A stretch of DNA of 64,000 nt from the human T2T-CHM13v2.0 reference genome, Homo sapiens, in NCBI RefSeq assembly GCF_009914755.1, contig NC_060940.1; one strand, written 5' to 3'. The notes under the pieces were generated by a model. The model saw only the letters and a list, made by a program, of their open reading frames with translations. It was not told where the DNA came from and made no database searches. Below are positions 63,353 through 64,000 of this stretch, piece after piece; within the stretch, counting starts at the first letter, position 1, and every line of letters begins with the position of its first letter. A program made the translations under genes and the position numbers.

Positions 63353-64000
63353 GTAAAAAGGCCGGGAAAGCATCTTAATTTAGCGTGCAGTCTCAGCTGG
63401 TCCTGCCATTCCAGATAAACAGAGAAACCATTCTGAATTGGGGATGGGGGTGAGGATGGGAACAGGAGTCTGTGTCCTGCTGGGGCAGGCCATTGGAAGA
63501 TGTGAAAGAGTTGTCTATTTCCTTCCACCGGAGGGAGACTTCAGGTCAGCCAGGTGTCTGGAGTATGAACCATGTATCAGCACCGAAAGGTTCTAGAAGT
63601 CAGACTTTCGGGCAGTGTGTCACTAACTCTCAGCATGCTGGCCTGGCTCGGCCCACAGCAAGGTCTTCTCGCCTCCCTTTGGGTAAATACTGAGGGGTGC
63701 CTCTGCAGGACGGGACCTCTGCCAGACTCCACTCCATACCCAGAGAAGCAGGGAAACCAAAATTGGAGTCAGCCTTGAGGTGTAGCTGTTGAGCCCTCAG
63801 CAGCTGGGGAGAGCTGGCGGATGCTGCCCTCCCCCCAGTTTCCTAATGGTGTTGTTTAAAAAGGGTCAGGGGACGGGGGAACAGATGGTGGGAAGAGCAC
63901 AGTGCAGACACCTGGCACCGGCTCTGAAGGCAGCATGGCAGCTACACCGTTGGCTGGGAAGGGTGTGCCCCTGAAGAAGTCGTTTACATTCTCGAGTCAA

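Noticed and set aside
63360-64000. CIITA promoter IV (GAS/E-box/IRF-E module)
   Set aside because: The characteristic module is not seen before the window ends. It is expected further downstream.

Overview
Primate (almost certainly human, 16p13.13) genomic DNA, very Alu-rich. It spans the divergent interval between two genes. On the - strand is the 5' end of TVP23A/FAM18A (CpG island, coding exons 1-2 at ~4.0-4.4 kb). On the + strand is the 5' end of CIITA, the MHC class II transactivator: the promoter I CARD-encoding first exon (52258-52540), a probable promoter II non-coding first exon (~57086-57283) and the promoter III first exon (ATG 63301). pIV and shared exon 2 lie beyond the window. 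The intergenic region holds a 5'-truncated ARHGAP21 retrocopy with poly(A) and a 19-bp TSD, a HERV-K(HML-2) LTR5A-type solo LTR, other LTR/LINE/DNA relics and a ~630-bp GGT/GAT triplet tract. It also holds STAT1/IRF/PU.1 motif clusters at spacings matching the distal CIITA enhancers as I recall them. The most unusual local structures are template-switch-like inverted duplications, notably a 116-bp, 2-mismatch inverted repeat at the TVP23A promoter. I found no evidence of a wholly new gene system. Nearly all ORFs in the track are Alu or low-complexity artefacts. Repeat family names and literature links are from recognition or memory, not database searches.
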